Assembly (NCBI GenBank): GCA_963720755.1
Contig: CAVRGP010000015.1
Coordinates: forward strand, 288,001 to 352,000
Direction of reading: 5' to 3'
From: an uncultured Chloroflexia bacterium
Lineage (GTDB): Bacteria; Chloroflexota; Limnocylindria; Limnocylindrales; CSP1-4
Length of the DNA stretch: 64,000 nucleotides
Under the pieces are notes generated by a model that saw only the letters and a list, made by a program, of their open reading frames with translations, was not told the origin of the DNA and did not search any database. Within the stretch, counting starts at the first letter, position 1; each line of letters opens with the position of its first letter. Shown here in pieces: positions 18,624 through 28,078 of the stretch. The translations under genes were made by a program, and so were the position numbers.

Positions 18624-20048
18624 ATGCAGATCACCCGGACCCCAGGTCCCAATTCCACCGTCCTGCTCGAGATCGAGCTTCCCCCCGACCGGTTGGCCCG
18701 CGCGACAGACGATGCCGTGCGCCGGTTGTCGCGTCGGACCCGGGTGCCCGGGTTCCGGCCTGGCAAGGCCCCTCGGCCCGTCCTTGAGCGCCACCTCGGC
18801 CCGGGCGTCGTGCTCGATGAGGCAGTCGAGCACCTGGTCCAGGATGCCTACCGCGACGCCCTCGTCGAGGAGGACATCCTGCCGCTCACCAATGCTGACG
18901 TGGAGGTCGTCCAGGCCGAGGAGGGCGAGCCGCTCATCTTCAAGGCCACCGTCCAGGTCCGCCCGGACGTCGCGCTCGGCGACTACAAGCACTTCAACTT
19001 CGAGCCGGAGATCGACGTCATCGACGACGCCCGGGTGGATACGGTCCTCGAAGAGCTGCGCGATCAGAACGCGACCCTGGCCGCGGTCGAGGGCCGCGGC
19101 GCACAGGACGGCGATTATGCGGTCATCTCATTCGTCGGGACCCGCGACGGCCAGCCCTTCGAGGGTGGGACCTCGGAGCGGATGCCGCTGATCCTCGGTC
19201 AGGAACGCCTCATCCCCGGATTCGAGGCCAACCTGATCGGCCTCGAGGTCGGCGGTTCGACGGAGTTCGACATCACCTTCCCGGACGACTACCCGGAGGC
19301 CGAACTGGCCGGCAAGCCGGCCCACTTCGAGGTCGTGATCCGGGAACTGCGGGAGAAGATCCTGCCGGAACTGGATGACGATTTCGTCGGGACGCTGGGC
19401 GACTTCAGCGACCTCGCCGCACTTCGGGCGGATATCAAGATCCGCCTGGAACGTAACGCCGTGGATCGCGCTCGCCACGAGTTCGCGGACAAGATCATCG
19501 ACTACGCGGCCGCCAACGCGACCCTGGAGCTGCCGGAGATCCTCGTCGACCAGGAAGTCGAGGTCATGCACGACGAGTTCCGGGCGACCATCGCCCGGCA
19601 GGGGATCGCCGAAGAGGCCTATCTCAAGGCGGTCGACAAGACCGATACGGATCTCCACGCCGAGTTCCGGCCCGGCGCCGAGAAGCGGGTGCGGACCCTC
19701 CTCGTCCTGTCCAAGGTGGCCGAAACCGAGGGGGTGGTCGTCCCCGACGAAGACGTCGACGCCGAGGTCGCCCGGGGTCGCGAGCGCTACTCGGAGGATC
19801 AGCGCCTGCTCGCCTACTTCGACTCCGAACGGGGTCGTGCCTACATTCGCAGCACCCTCCGGCGAACGCGGGTCGTCGAGGGCCTCATCGATGAGTGGCT
19901 GGCCGATCACCCCGACCATGCCCCAATGCCGCATCTCGAGGATGCACCGGGCTCGGCGATCGATGACGGCCAGGCCTCGGCCAACGCGGCGGTGGATGCG
20001 ACCGATCCCGGCACCGTCATCGACGACGTCCCGACGCCAGCCGGCTGA
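18624..20048 (+). CDS. tig: Trigger factor
   Basis: [10 protein letters not shown] ribosome-binding motif, FKBP domain LIPGFE..LIG and FPDDY. Upstream of clpP-clpX. Confidence 0.95.
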   Translation: MQITRTPGPNSTVLLEIELPPDRLARATDDAVRRLSRRTRVPGFRPGKAPRPVLERHLGPGVVLDEAVEHLVQDAYRDALVEEDILPLTNADVEVVQAEEGEPLIFKATVQVRPDVALGDYKHFNFEPEIDVIDDARVDTVLEELRDQNATLAAVEGRGAQDGDYAVISFVGTRDGQPFEGGTSERMPLILGQERLIPGFEANLIGLEVGGSTEFDITFPDDYPEAELAGKPAHFEVVIRELREKILPELDDDFVGTLGDFSDLAALRADIKIRLERNAVDRARHEFADKIIDYAAANATLELPEILVDQEVEVMHDEFRATIARQGIAEEAYLKAVDKTDTDLHAEFRPGAEKRVRTLLVLSKVAETEGVVVPDEDVDAEVARGRERYSEDQRLLAYFDSERGRAYIRSTLRRTRVVEGLIDEWLADHPDHAPMPHLEDAPGSAIDDGQASANAAVDATDPGTVIDDVPTPAG

Positions 20049-20086
20049 CCACCCGATCCGTGCCATTTGAACCAGGGAGTCCCAAG

Positions 20087-20779
20087 ATGCTCGTCCCCAT
20101 GGTCATCGAAACCTCGAGTCGAGGCGAGCGCGCCTACGACATCTACTCTCGCCTGTTGCGTGAGCGAATCATCTTCCTGGGCGACGCCATCGAGGACCAT
20201 CTCGCCAACCTCGTCATCGCCCAGCTTTTGTTCCTCGAATCCGAGGACCCGGAGAAGGACATCAGCCTGTACATCAATTCGCCCGGCGGTCAGGTCACCT
20301 CGGGCCTCGCCATCTACGACACGATGCAATACCTGCGGGCCCCGGTCAGCACGATCTGCATCGGCATGGCGGCATCGATGGCGGCCGTCCTGCTCGCGGC
20401 CGGCGCGAATGGCAAGCGCTACGCCCTGCCCAACAGCCGGATCATGATCCACCAGGGCTCGGGCGGCTTCCGCGGTAACGCGGCCGATGCGGTCATCCAG
20501 ATGAAGGAGTGGGAGTACCTGGTCCAGCGCAACCACGAGATCCTGGCACGTCACACGGGCCAGACGATCGAGACGATCGTCAGGGATACGGAACGCGACA
20601 ACTTCATGAGCCCCGAGCGGGCCAAGGACTATGGCATCATCGACGCTGTCTACGCGGTCGAGAGCAGTTCGTTGATCGCGCAGGCGCATGACGCCGCCAT
20701 CGGCGGCGGTCGGGGTTCGAAGGCGGCCGAGGATCCGACGGAGTCGACCGAGGCACCCAAGAAGAGCAAGGACCAGTAG
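20087..20779 (+). CDS. clpP: ATP-dependent Clp protease proteolytic subunit
   Basis: [23 protein letters not shown] (Ser), IMIHQ (His), ERD (Asp). Confidence 0.97.
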   Translation: MLVPMVIETSSRGERAYDIYSRLLRERIIFLGDAIEDHLANLVIAQLLFLESEDPEKDISLYINSPGGQVTSGLAIYDTMQYLRAPVSTICIGMAASMAAVLLAAGANGKRYALPNSRIMIHQGSGGFRGNAADAVIQMKEWEYLVQRNHEILARHTGQTIETIVRDTERDNFMSPERAKDYGIIDAVYAVESSSLIAQAHDAAIGGGRGSKAAEDPTESTEAPKKSKDQ

Positions 20780-20798
20780 CGGCCGGGGACATGCGATC

Positions 20799-22112
20799 GT
20801 GACGACGTCGGGCAGCAGCACCAAGGGACCCAAGGTCCCGTATCGGTGCTCGTTCTGTGGGAAGAGCCAGGAGCAGGTTCGCAAGCTCATCGCGGGGCAG
20901 GGCGTCTACATCTGCGACGAGTGCATCAACCTGTGCCAGGAGATCATCGAGGAGGAACTCCTCGAGACACCCAAGCCGAAGCCATCCAGCACCAAGCTGC
21001 CCAACCCGCACCAGATCAAGGACGCGCTGGACCAGTACGTCATCAGCCAGGAACGGGCCAAGAAGGTCCTGTCGGTCGCTGTCTACAACCACTACAAGCG
21101 GGTCAATGCCGGCCACCAGATCGATGAGGTCGAACTCCAGAAGTCGAACGTCCTGCTGGTCGGGCCGACCGGCTCGGGCAAGACCCTCCTGGCCCAGACC
21201 CTCGCCAGGGTCCTGGATGTGCCGTTCTGCATCGCAGACGCGACCTCACTGACCGAGGCGGGCTACGTCGGCGAGGACGTCGAGAACATCCTCCTCCGAC
21301 TCATCCAGGCGGCCGATTTCGATGTCGCCCGCGCCCAGCGCGGGATCATCTATATCGACGAGATCGACAAGATCGCCCGCAAGGCCGACAACCCGTCGAT
21401 CACCCGCGATGTCTCGGGCGAAGGTGTCCAGCAGGCTCTGCTCAAGATCCTCGAGGGCACGGTCGCGAACGTCCCGCCGCAGGGAGGACGGAAGCACCCA
21501 CACCAGGACTTCATCCAGATCGACACGACCAACGTCCTGTTCATCTGCGGCGGAGCATTCGATGGACTCGAGCGGATCATCGAGGAGCGGGTCGGCAAGC
21601 GCTCCATCGGGTTCGGTGCGGAATCGGTGATGACCGCGGTCGAGCGGGGCCGCCTGCTCGAGCGGCTCATGCCCGAGGATCTGCTCAAGTTCGGCCTGAT
21701 CCCCGAATTCATCGGTCGGCTGCCGGTCATGGTCACGCTGTCCGCGCTGTCGGCAGACGATCTGGTTCGAGTCCTGACCGAGCCAAAGAACGCGGTGACC
21801 CGTCAGTTCGAGAAGTTCCTGTCCCTCGACAAGGTGGAACTCGTGTTCACTCCGGGTGCGCTCCGGGCTGCGGCAGAGGTCGCGCTCGATCGGAAGACCG
21901 GAGCCCGGGCCCTGCGGTCGATCGTCGAGGAAGCGCTCCTGGAAGTCATGTACGACATCCCGGACCGGTCCGACGTTCGCAAGTGCATCATCACCGAGGA
22001 AACCATCCGGGCCGGTCGGTTGCCACTCCTGTTGACGAAGACGGACGTCGACAAGGGCGTCGACGAGACGAACTACGAGGAGTTGTTGGCGGAGCGCGGC
22101 GCGAGCGCGTAG
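20799..22112 (+). CDS. clpX: Clp protease ATP-binding subunit ClpX
   Basis: CSFC...CDEC zinc finger, [19 protein letters not shown] loop, IGF loop. Confidence 0.97.
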   Translation: MTTSGSSTKGPKVPYRCSFCGKSQEQVRKLIAGQGVYICDECINLCQEIIEEELLETPKPKPSSTKLPNPHQIKDALDQYVISQERAKKVLSVAVYNHYKRVNAGHQIDEVELQKSNVLLVGPTGSGKTLLAQTLARVLDVPFCIADATSLTEAGYVGEDVENILLRLIQAADFDVARAQRGIIYIDEIDKIARKADNPSITRDVSGEGVQQALLKILEGTVANVPPQGGRKHPHQDFIQIDTTNVLFICGGAFDGLERIIEERVGKRSIGFGAESVMTAVERGRLLERLMPEDLLKFGLIPEFIGRLPVMVTLSALSADDLVRVLTEPKNAVTRQFEKFLSLDKVELVFTPGALRAAAEVALDRKTGARALRSIVEEALLEVMYDIPDRSDVRKCIITEETIRAGRLPLLLTKTDVDKGVDETNYEELLAERGASA

Positions 22113-22200
22113 ACTCCGACAGCTGACCGAGCAGGTTCAGGCGACCGCGGTCGGCATTGCCGGGTCCGATTCGACGGGGAGGAACGCCCAAGCCCACAGG

Positions 22201-23352
22201 CTAGGCGGGCAGGGACGATCCCAGATCCGACGTCGCGGCGTCGTAGACCGAGTCGATCACCATGTCGAGCTGATCCTCGAGTCCAAGCCAGAGCGGCAGC
22301 CGTACAAGTCGTTCGCTGACCGACTCCGTGATCGACAGGTCACTCGCCTGCCGTCCGACCTTGCGGCCGAACGGTGCGGAGTGCAGCGGCACGTAATGGA
22401 AGACTGCCTGGATGCCCAGTGTCCGGAGCCGCTCGATGAACGCAGTCCGCGCATCGAGACTCGGCAGCAACAGGTGATACAGATGTCCGTTCGGGACACG
22501 ATCGGGCAGGACGACCGGCCGGCGGACGAGCCCGGCAGCTTCGAGATCGGCGAAGGCCTGGTGGTACCTTCGCCAGATCGCCAGGCGCCTTGCCGTGATG
22601 GCGTCCCCCTGCTCCATCTGTGCCCACAGAAAGGCGGCCGTGATCTCGCCAGGGAGATACGACGAGCCGAGGTCGACCCAGGTGTACCGGTCAACCTGAC
22701 CTCGGAAGAATTGACTCCGATTGGTGCCTTTCTCCCAAATGATCTCCGCCCGCTCGGCGAACCGCGGGTCGTTGATCAGCAACGCACCTCCCTCGCCTGC
22801 GATGATGTTCTTCGTTTCGTGGAATGAAAGCGCCGCCATGTGACCGAAGCTGCCGAGTGGTCGGTCGTCGATCGCGGCCAGCAATCCCTGCGCCGCATCC
22901 TCGATGACCAACAGGTCGTGTCGACGCGCGATGTCCATGATCGCGTCCATCGCGCATCCGACGCCGGCGTAGTGGACCGGCACGATGGCCTTGGTCCTTG
23001 GCGTGATCGCTTCCTCGATCCGCGTCTCATCGATGTTCAGGGTGTCGGCCCGGATCTCAACGAACACGGGGGTCGCCCCACGTAGCACGAATGCATTGGC
23101 CGTCGAAACGAACGTGAATGACGGCATGATCACCTCATCGCCGACACCGAGGTCGCCGAGGATCGCGGCCATCTCCAGGGCGGCCGTGCACGAGTGGGTC
23201 AGGAGTGCACGATGACTCCCGATCCGGGACTCTAGCCAGCCGCAGCAGCGCTTGGAGAAGGCTCCGTTGCCAGCCAAATGGCCGTTCGCGTGAGCCTCCG
23301 TGATATAGGTCAGTTCGTTACCGGTCAGGAACGGTCGATTGAACGGGATCAC
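22201..23352 (-). CDS. wecE: dTDP-4-amino-4,6-dideoxygalactose transaminase
   Basis: MIPFNRP, SCTAALEM, SFHETKN..GEGG, EKGTNRSQFFRGQVD.YTW, VFHYVPLH. Confidence 0.93.
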   Translation of the reverse strand: MIPFNRPFLTGNELTYITEAHANGHLAGNGAFSKRCCGWLESRIGSHRALLTHSCTAALEMAAILGDLGVGDEVIMPSFTFVSTANAFVLRGATPVFVEIRADTLNIDETRIEEAITPRTKAIVPVHYAGVGCAMDAIMDIARRHDLLVIEDAAQGLLAAIDDRPLGSFGHMAALSFHETKNIIAGEGGALLINDPRFAERAEIIWEKGTNRSQFFRGQVDRYTWVDLGSSYLPGEITAAFLWAQMEQGDAITARRLAIWRRYHQAFADLEAAGLVRRPVVLPDRVPNGHLYHLLLPSLDARTAFIERLRTLGIQAVFHYVPLHSAPFGRKVGRQASDLSITESVSERLVRLPLWLGLEDQLDMVIDSVYDAATSDLGSSLPA

Positions 23353-24245
23353 GTCCCGGCTTCCGATCTGGGCCGTGTTCTTGCCACCACGAGCAGCGAA
23401 CCTCCAGCCGGAAACGAGATTCCGAGCTCGATGAGGGACCGCTCCAGGCGCATGACGGACCCGAGCATGGCGTCCGTGACGGGGTGGATGCGTAACTCGT
23501 CCATGACGTCGAATGACGGGTCAAGCCGTCGACGTCGGATGCGGGACCGCGAGATGAATTGCAATGGCAGGAGCAGTGAGACGAACGAGGTCATCCGGAT
23601 CACCTCGAAACCAGCATGCTCCAGTCTGCTTCTGAGTCCCGCCGCCGTGTATCGGCGCACATGGTACGCATGGTCATCCTGCGGACTCCACAGGGCCGGA
23701 TGCTGCGGCACGGTCAGGATGAACCGGCCCTCGGGTCCGAGCGCTGTGCCAACCTCGGCCATCACGTCAACATCGTCCTCGATGTGCTCGAGTACATCGA
23801 ATGCGCCGATCGCGTCGAAGTGGTCACGGAATGGGATCGACCGCGCATCCATCTGATAGAAGTACGCCGACGGAACACGCGATGCCGCGAAGGCCAGCCC
23901 TGCGCTGAAGATCTCGGTCCCCGTGAGCTCGGCATCCGGGTAGGCGGACCGGATGGCGTTGAGGACATAGCCGGTCCCGCAGCCGAGTTCGAGGAAGCGC
24001 GCGAGATCAGGGACCTCGGTTCGCAATGCCCACAGGATCAGCTGATTGCGCGCTCGAAACCAGAAGTTGCGATCCTCCAGGGTGGCCAGGTCCGCGAAAT
24101 ACGAGGCCTTGAACCCGTCGTTGTCCAAAGCCGCCGACGGCGCGAACGCGAGGACCCCGTTCATCACGACGGGCCGCTCACCGCAGTCGGGACAGTCCCA
24201 GTCGTCCGGGCTGGCGGAGGAGCCGCAGACTGGACAACGCTTCAC
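23349..24245 (-). CDS. Class I SAM-dependent methyltransferase with N-terminal zinc ribbon
   Basis: CPVC..CPDC, NFWFRARN, LELGCGTG, FDVLEHIEDD, HVRRY. GTG start overlaps the upstream stop. Confidence 0.88.
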   Translation of the reverse strand: MKRCPVCGSSASPDDWDCPDCGERPVVMNGVLAFAPSAALDNDGFKASYFADLATLEDRNFWFRARNQLILWALRTEVPDLARFLELGCGTGYVLNAIRSAYPDAELTGTEIFSAGLAFAASRVPSAYFYQMDARSIPFRDHFDAIGAFDVLEHIEDDVDVMAEVGTALGPEGRFILTVPQHPALWSPQDDHAYHVRRYTAAGLRSRLEHAGFEVIRMTSFVSLLLPLQFISRSRIRRRRLDPSFDVMDELRIHPVTDAMLGSVMRLERSLIELGISFPAGGSLLVVARTRPRSEAGT

Positions 24246-25057
24246 CTGATGACGAGCCGGTGGAAGGTCATCTGCGCGCTGGAGAAGGTGAACCCAAGGC
24301 GAGCGTACAGATTGACCGCGGCGAGGTTGTGAACGGAGATTGTGGTCTCGATCGAGGTCGCACCCTCGGCGGCGTGCCGGCGAAGCATTGTCTGCCACAG
24401 GCTGAGGCCGATGCCCATGCCCTGTCGGGCGGGCGAGATCGCTGTCAGATGCCAGTAGGCAAGGCCATCCGGCCGGGCCTCGACGATGAAGAAGCCGACG
24501 AGTTCGCCGTCGAGTTCGGCCTTGAGGACAGACTGGACGGATCCGTCGAATGCTGACCGGACCCACCGTGCATAGCGGCGTCGACCCAGCTCGGGTGGCA
24601 ATCTCTCGTCGAGTACGAATTGTCCGGTGCGGAACGCCTCGAACGCAACGGCTTCGATCACTGGCAGATCAGCTGCCGTCGCCGCGGCCACCGCGATCGA
24701 GTGGCGTGGCGCCTCGACTAAGCCTGGGTCGTCGCGATGGGGCCGGAACACCATCTCGACGAACCGGAACCCGTGTGCCTCGAGTGCCATGGATTCGACG
24801 AGACGGAGATGGTCGAGGCGAGCCGACACGAACCGGACGTCCCGCTCCGTGCACCATCGGTCGAATGCCTCGAATGCGACCTCGTCCGGAATCGTTCCCG
24901 GTTCGATCTCGGCTCGACTGATCTCCGCGACCGGGAAGCCGAAAGCCGCCGTATCCCACGGCACCAACGAGCACTCGAGGATCGTCCCGCGCGAACCTAT
25001 CGTGGTCGTGGCGACGTCGGTCGGATGTGCCGACGTCGGCGAGGGGGCCTCGGTCAT
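24242..25057 (-). CDS. GNAT acetyltransferase, WecD (TDP-fucosamine acetyltransferase)-like
   Basis: PWDT..FG, F..D.RLP....RRY.RW, RQGMGIG, N..A.NLY..LGF. Confidence 0.8.
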   Translation of the reverse strand: MTEAPSPTSAHPTDVATTTIGSRGTILECSLVPWDTAAFGFPVAEISRAEIEPGTIPDEVAFEAFDRWCTERDVRFVSARLDHLRLVESMALEAHGFRFVEMVFRPHRDDPGLVEAPRHSIAVAAATAADLPVIEAVAFEAFRTGQFVLDERLPPELGRRRYARWVRSAFDGSVQSVLKAELDGELVGFFIVEARPDGLAYWHLTAISPARQGMGIGLSLWQTMLRRHAAEGATSIETTISVHNLAAVNLYARLGFTFSSAQMTFHRLVIR

Positions 25058-26061
25058 GCGGGCGCTGCGATCTCGTCGTCGGTGACCTCCCGAACGACGT
25101 ACGTCGGTCGATCCATCGATCTGAAGTGCATCCTGGCGAGGTATTCGCCGATGATCCCGAGGGCGAACAGTTGTGCGCCACTGAAGATCGAGATGATCGA
25201 CGCGAGGAAGGCGAAACCCGGGACGCTGCTGCCGCCATTGAGGACATAGGTGGCGAGCACGAGAACGAGGACTCCGAACCCGAACAGGGTGAAGAGGAAC
25301 CCGATCAGGCTCGCGATCTGGAGGGGTAGCGTGCTGAAGCCGGTCATCATGTTCAGCGCATGGGTGACGAGCATTCGTATCGAGTAGTTGGACGCCCCGC
25401 TTTGCCGCGGCTGATGCTCGACGGCGACGTGGTCGAACCGGGTCGACCCCCATGTCAGGAGCACGTCGATCGACACGAACGGTCCCTGAAACCGCGCGAA
25501 CGCATCGCGGATCTGCGTCTTGAAGGCCCTGAACGAGCTCACGTGCCGTGCTGTGTCCGCACTCATGGCGCTTTGGAGAGCCAGCTTCGTGATCCTCGAT
25601 GCCTGGTCGCGCAGAAGACCGTGCTGCTCGACCTCCGGAGCCCCGTACACCACATCGACGTCGTCGGTCAGCCGCGCCAGCAGCTTGGGGATCTCCTCCG
25701 GTGGGTTCTGGAGGTCGTCATCCAGCGTGACGATGACTCCGTATCGGGCGGCCCGGATGCCACACAGCAGCGCGTTGTGTTGGCCGTAGTTGCGGTTCAT
25801 CCGGATGCCGCGCACCCGATCGTCACGACGCGCCAGGTCCTGGATCACGCCCCATGAGCCGTCACCCCCGCCGTCGTCGACCATGATAATCTCGCCGCGC
25901 TCGGCGAGATTCGGCAGGATGGCAGCGAGCCGTCCATGGAGTTCCGGAAGGATCGCAGCGGATCGGAACACCGGGACCACGATCGACAGTGACGGCACTT
26001 TGCGCGGGGACCATTCGGCCTGGCGCGTCGCCTCCGGGAGGGTCACCATAGGTTCTGTCAC
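25054..26061 (-). CDS. GT2 polyprenyl-phosphate glycosyltransferase (ArnC/GtrB-like)
   Basis: SIVVPV, VDDG, RNYGQH.A, DDDLQNPPE, R..G.SNY, two C-terminal TMs, GIIGEYLAR. Confidence 0.9.
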   Translation of the reverse strand: MTEPMVTLPEATRQAEWSPRKVPSLSIVVPVFRSAAILPELHGRLAAILPNLAERGEIIMVDDGGGDGSWGVIQDLARRDDRVRGIRMNRNYGQHNALLCGIRAARYGVIVTLDDDLQNPPEEIPKLLARLTDDVDVVYGAPEVEQHGLLRDQASRITKLALQSAMSADTARHVSSFRAFKTQIRDAFARFQGPFVSIDVLLTWGSTRFDHVAVEHQPRQSGASNYSIRMLVTHALNMMTGFSTLPLQIASLIGFLFTLFGFGVLVLVLATYVLNGGSSVPGFAFLASIISIFSGAQLFALGIIGEYLARMHFRSMDRPTYVVREVTDDEIAAPA

Positions 26062-26171
26062 GCTCCTCCAGCCGCCAACGTTCCGTCACACTTCGGACCC
26101 GACTGTACACCGCTCCCACAGGCCCGGTAGAAGGCGGGATCTCGGTCGGGACGCGCCGATCACCTGGCCGA

Positions 26172-27794
26172 TTGTCTGAGATCAGCGCGGCGCCGCGGGG
26201 ACGGGCCGTCGACGCAGATGCCGTTCCTTGGGTCCCCGTCTGGCGCGATCGGGTCGCGATCGCGCTCGTCTACGCCCTCGCCTGGGGGATCCTCAACGTC
26301 AATCGCGGCTTCTATTGGGACGACTGGACTCTGGTCGGCGTTGCACCATCGGACCTGATCCACACATTCACTGAACTCGGGATGCCATGGATCGGCTACT
26401 TCTACGCGGCACTTCTGGCGCTACCGCTGCCTGCGCTCGTCGGCCATGTCGTCGTCTTCTGGACCTACCTGTTGGCCGCGATGATGTTCCACGCGGTGCT
26501 CTGCCGGATCCCCGGACTCAGCCGGCTCGACGCCCTCGTTGCGGCGCTCGCGTTCGCGGTGCTGCCGGTCAACTACGCGCGAGTCGCCATGATCGACCTC
26601 ACCTACGGCCTGTGTCTCGCGGCGTTCCTCACCGCGACGTGGATGTTGGTCCGCTACGTCGCGGTTGGCGGGATAGGCCTTCGACTCGCCGCGCTCGGGC
26701 TGTTCATCATCTCGTTCTCGACCGCATCGATGCTGGTCATGTTCGTGGTGCCCCTGGCACTGGCGGGCGGCTTGGTCTGGCATGCCGGCAAGGTGCCGGT
26801 CCGGTCGTTTGCGATCCGGCACCTCGACTTCGTGCTCTTGCCGGTCGTGTATTGGGTCGTCAAGTCGACATTCTTCAGCCCTTCTGGGGTCTACTCCGGG
26901 TACAACGCCCTGACTGTCCCGGGGCTACTCGCGGTTCCATCCGCGTTGCTCGCGACCCCGGACCAGGTTCTCGTCGAGCCCATCTACCGGGCGGTCTCGG
27001 TCGCCGGCATACCGGGCCTCGTCGCCGGCGGCGCGTTGGCAGGGTGGCTGCTGTGGCGCAGTCGGGCGCCCGAGGGTGGAGAGCGGATCAGTGCGCTGGT
27101 GCTCGCGGCAGCGGGTGTCGCCCTCGTCGGCCTCGGGGTGTCGGCCTACCTCGCCGTCGGGCGCGTCCCGACCATTTGGGACTGGTCGAGCCGACACCAG
27201 CTGCTGGTGCCCCTCGGCGCGGCCCTGTTGGCGGCGGCCGTCATGCGCGGCGTCCACTGGGCAGGACGAGCTGGACCGGTCTTCGGTGTGGTGGTCGGGA
27301 TGGTCCTCGGGATCGCCATCGTCGCGGACGCACGGACCCTGGTCGCTTACCAGATCGATTGGTACAAGCAAGTGGCGTTCATGGATACAGTGCGTGACCT
27401 TCCCGACGTGCGCGCCGCTCACCACATCCGGATCGTCGACCAGACAAGGGGCCTCGATGCATTGCGGCGGCGCATCCGCTTCTACGAATACAACGCCCTT
27501 CTGAGCCAGGCGTTCGGGGACACCAGTCGTCTCGCCTCCGAGGGTTCCGATGAACCCGCCCCAGATGAGCTGGCCGGATACATCGCACGGCCGGCATACC
27601 ACATGGACCGGTACATCCCCTCGAGCATCGATCTCGAGCTTCTCATCGGCCACGACGGCCAGCCACCGGACGTCCTTGAGGTCGCCAGGCTTGTGGTCGC
27701 AGAGGCACTCGGTTGGCCGTCGTTCGAGCACGATGTCTCGCGAATGGTCGATCTCACGCCAGTCCAACTGCCCGGATCGGTCGTCTCGCCGTGA
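26172..27794 (+). CDS. Polytopic membrane protein, probable GT-C (GtrII-like) glycosyltransferase
   Basis: YWDDW acidic motif in the loop after TM1, about 11 TMs, soluble C-terminal domain. Divergent from the GT2. Start uncertain. Confidence 0.65.
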   Translation: MSEISAAPRGRAVDADAVPWVPVWRDRVAIALVYALAWGILNVNRGFYWDDWTLVGVAPSDLIHTFTELGMPWIGYFYAALLALPLPALVGHVVVFWTYLLAAMMFHAVLCRIPGLSRLDALVAALAFAVLPVNYARVAMIDLTYGLCLAAFLTATWMLVRYVAVGGIGLRLAALGLFIISFSTASMLVMFVVPLALAGGLVWHAGKVPVRSFAIRHLDFVLLPVVYWVVKSTFFSPSGVYSGYNALTVPGLLAVPSALLATPDQVLVEPIYRAVSVAGIPGLVAGGALAGWLLWRSRAPEGGERISALVLAAAGVALVGLGVSAYLAVGRVPTIWDWSSRHQLLVPLGAALLAAAVMRGVHWAGRAGPVFGVVVGMVLGIAIVADARTLVAYQIDWYKQVAFMDTVRDLPDVRAAHHIRIVDQTRGLDALRRRIRFYEYNALLSQAFGDTSRLASEGSDEPAPDELAGYIARPAYHMDRYIPSSIDLELLIGHDGQPPDVLEVARLVVAEALGWPSFEHDVSRMVDLTPVQLPGSVVSP

Positions 27795-27815
27795 CCCGTT
27801 CCACGCTGATCCCCG

Positions 27816-28067
27816 TGATAGACTCCGGCCCTCACGGCATCGACCGGGAAGAGTAGCGACGGGATGGCCGAAAGCGAGCGCGGAGACGGTGTGAGCCGCG
27901 CGGGTCCAACGTCGCGAAGGTCGCTCGCGAGCTGTGCGGGAGACGCCCGTTAGCGCGCCATGAGGGCTCCGGGTCGGCCGGCCGCGATGAGCGGATCGGC
28001 CCCGGTCGGCCGAACCAGCAGGTGGTACCACGACCCGTTCGTCCGCTGGACGAGCGGGCATTTTCTT
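27816..28067 (+). promoter_or_regulatory. Extended -10 promoter and Val T-box riboswitch leader
   Basis: TGaTAGACT at 27816-27824. Stem I GGAAGAGTAG...GGTGTGAG...GAAGGTC (GUC Val specifier). T-box AGGTGGTACCACG at 28020-28032. Confidence 0.88.
28034..28067 (+). terminator. T-box attenuator terminator
   Basis: Hairpin CCCGTTCGTCC-GCT-GGACGAGCGGG followed by CATTTTCTT. Confidence 0.8.
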
Positions 28068-28078
28068 GTCGAGGGGCG

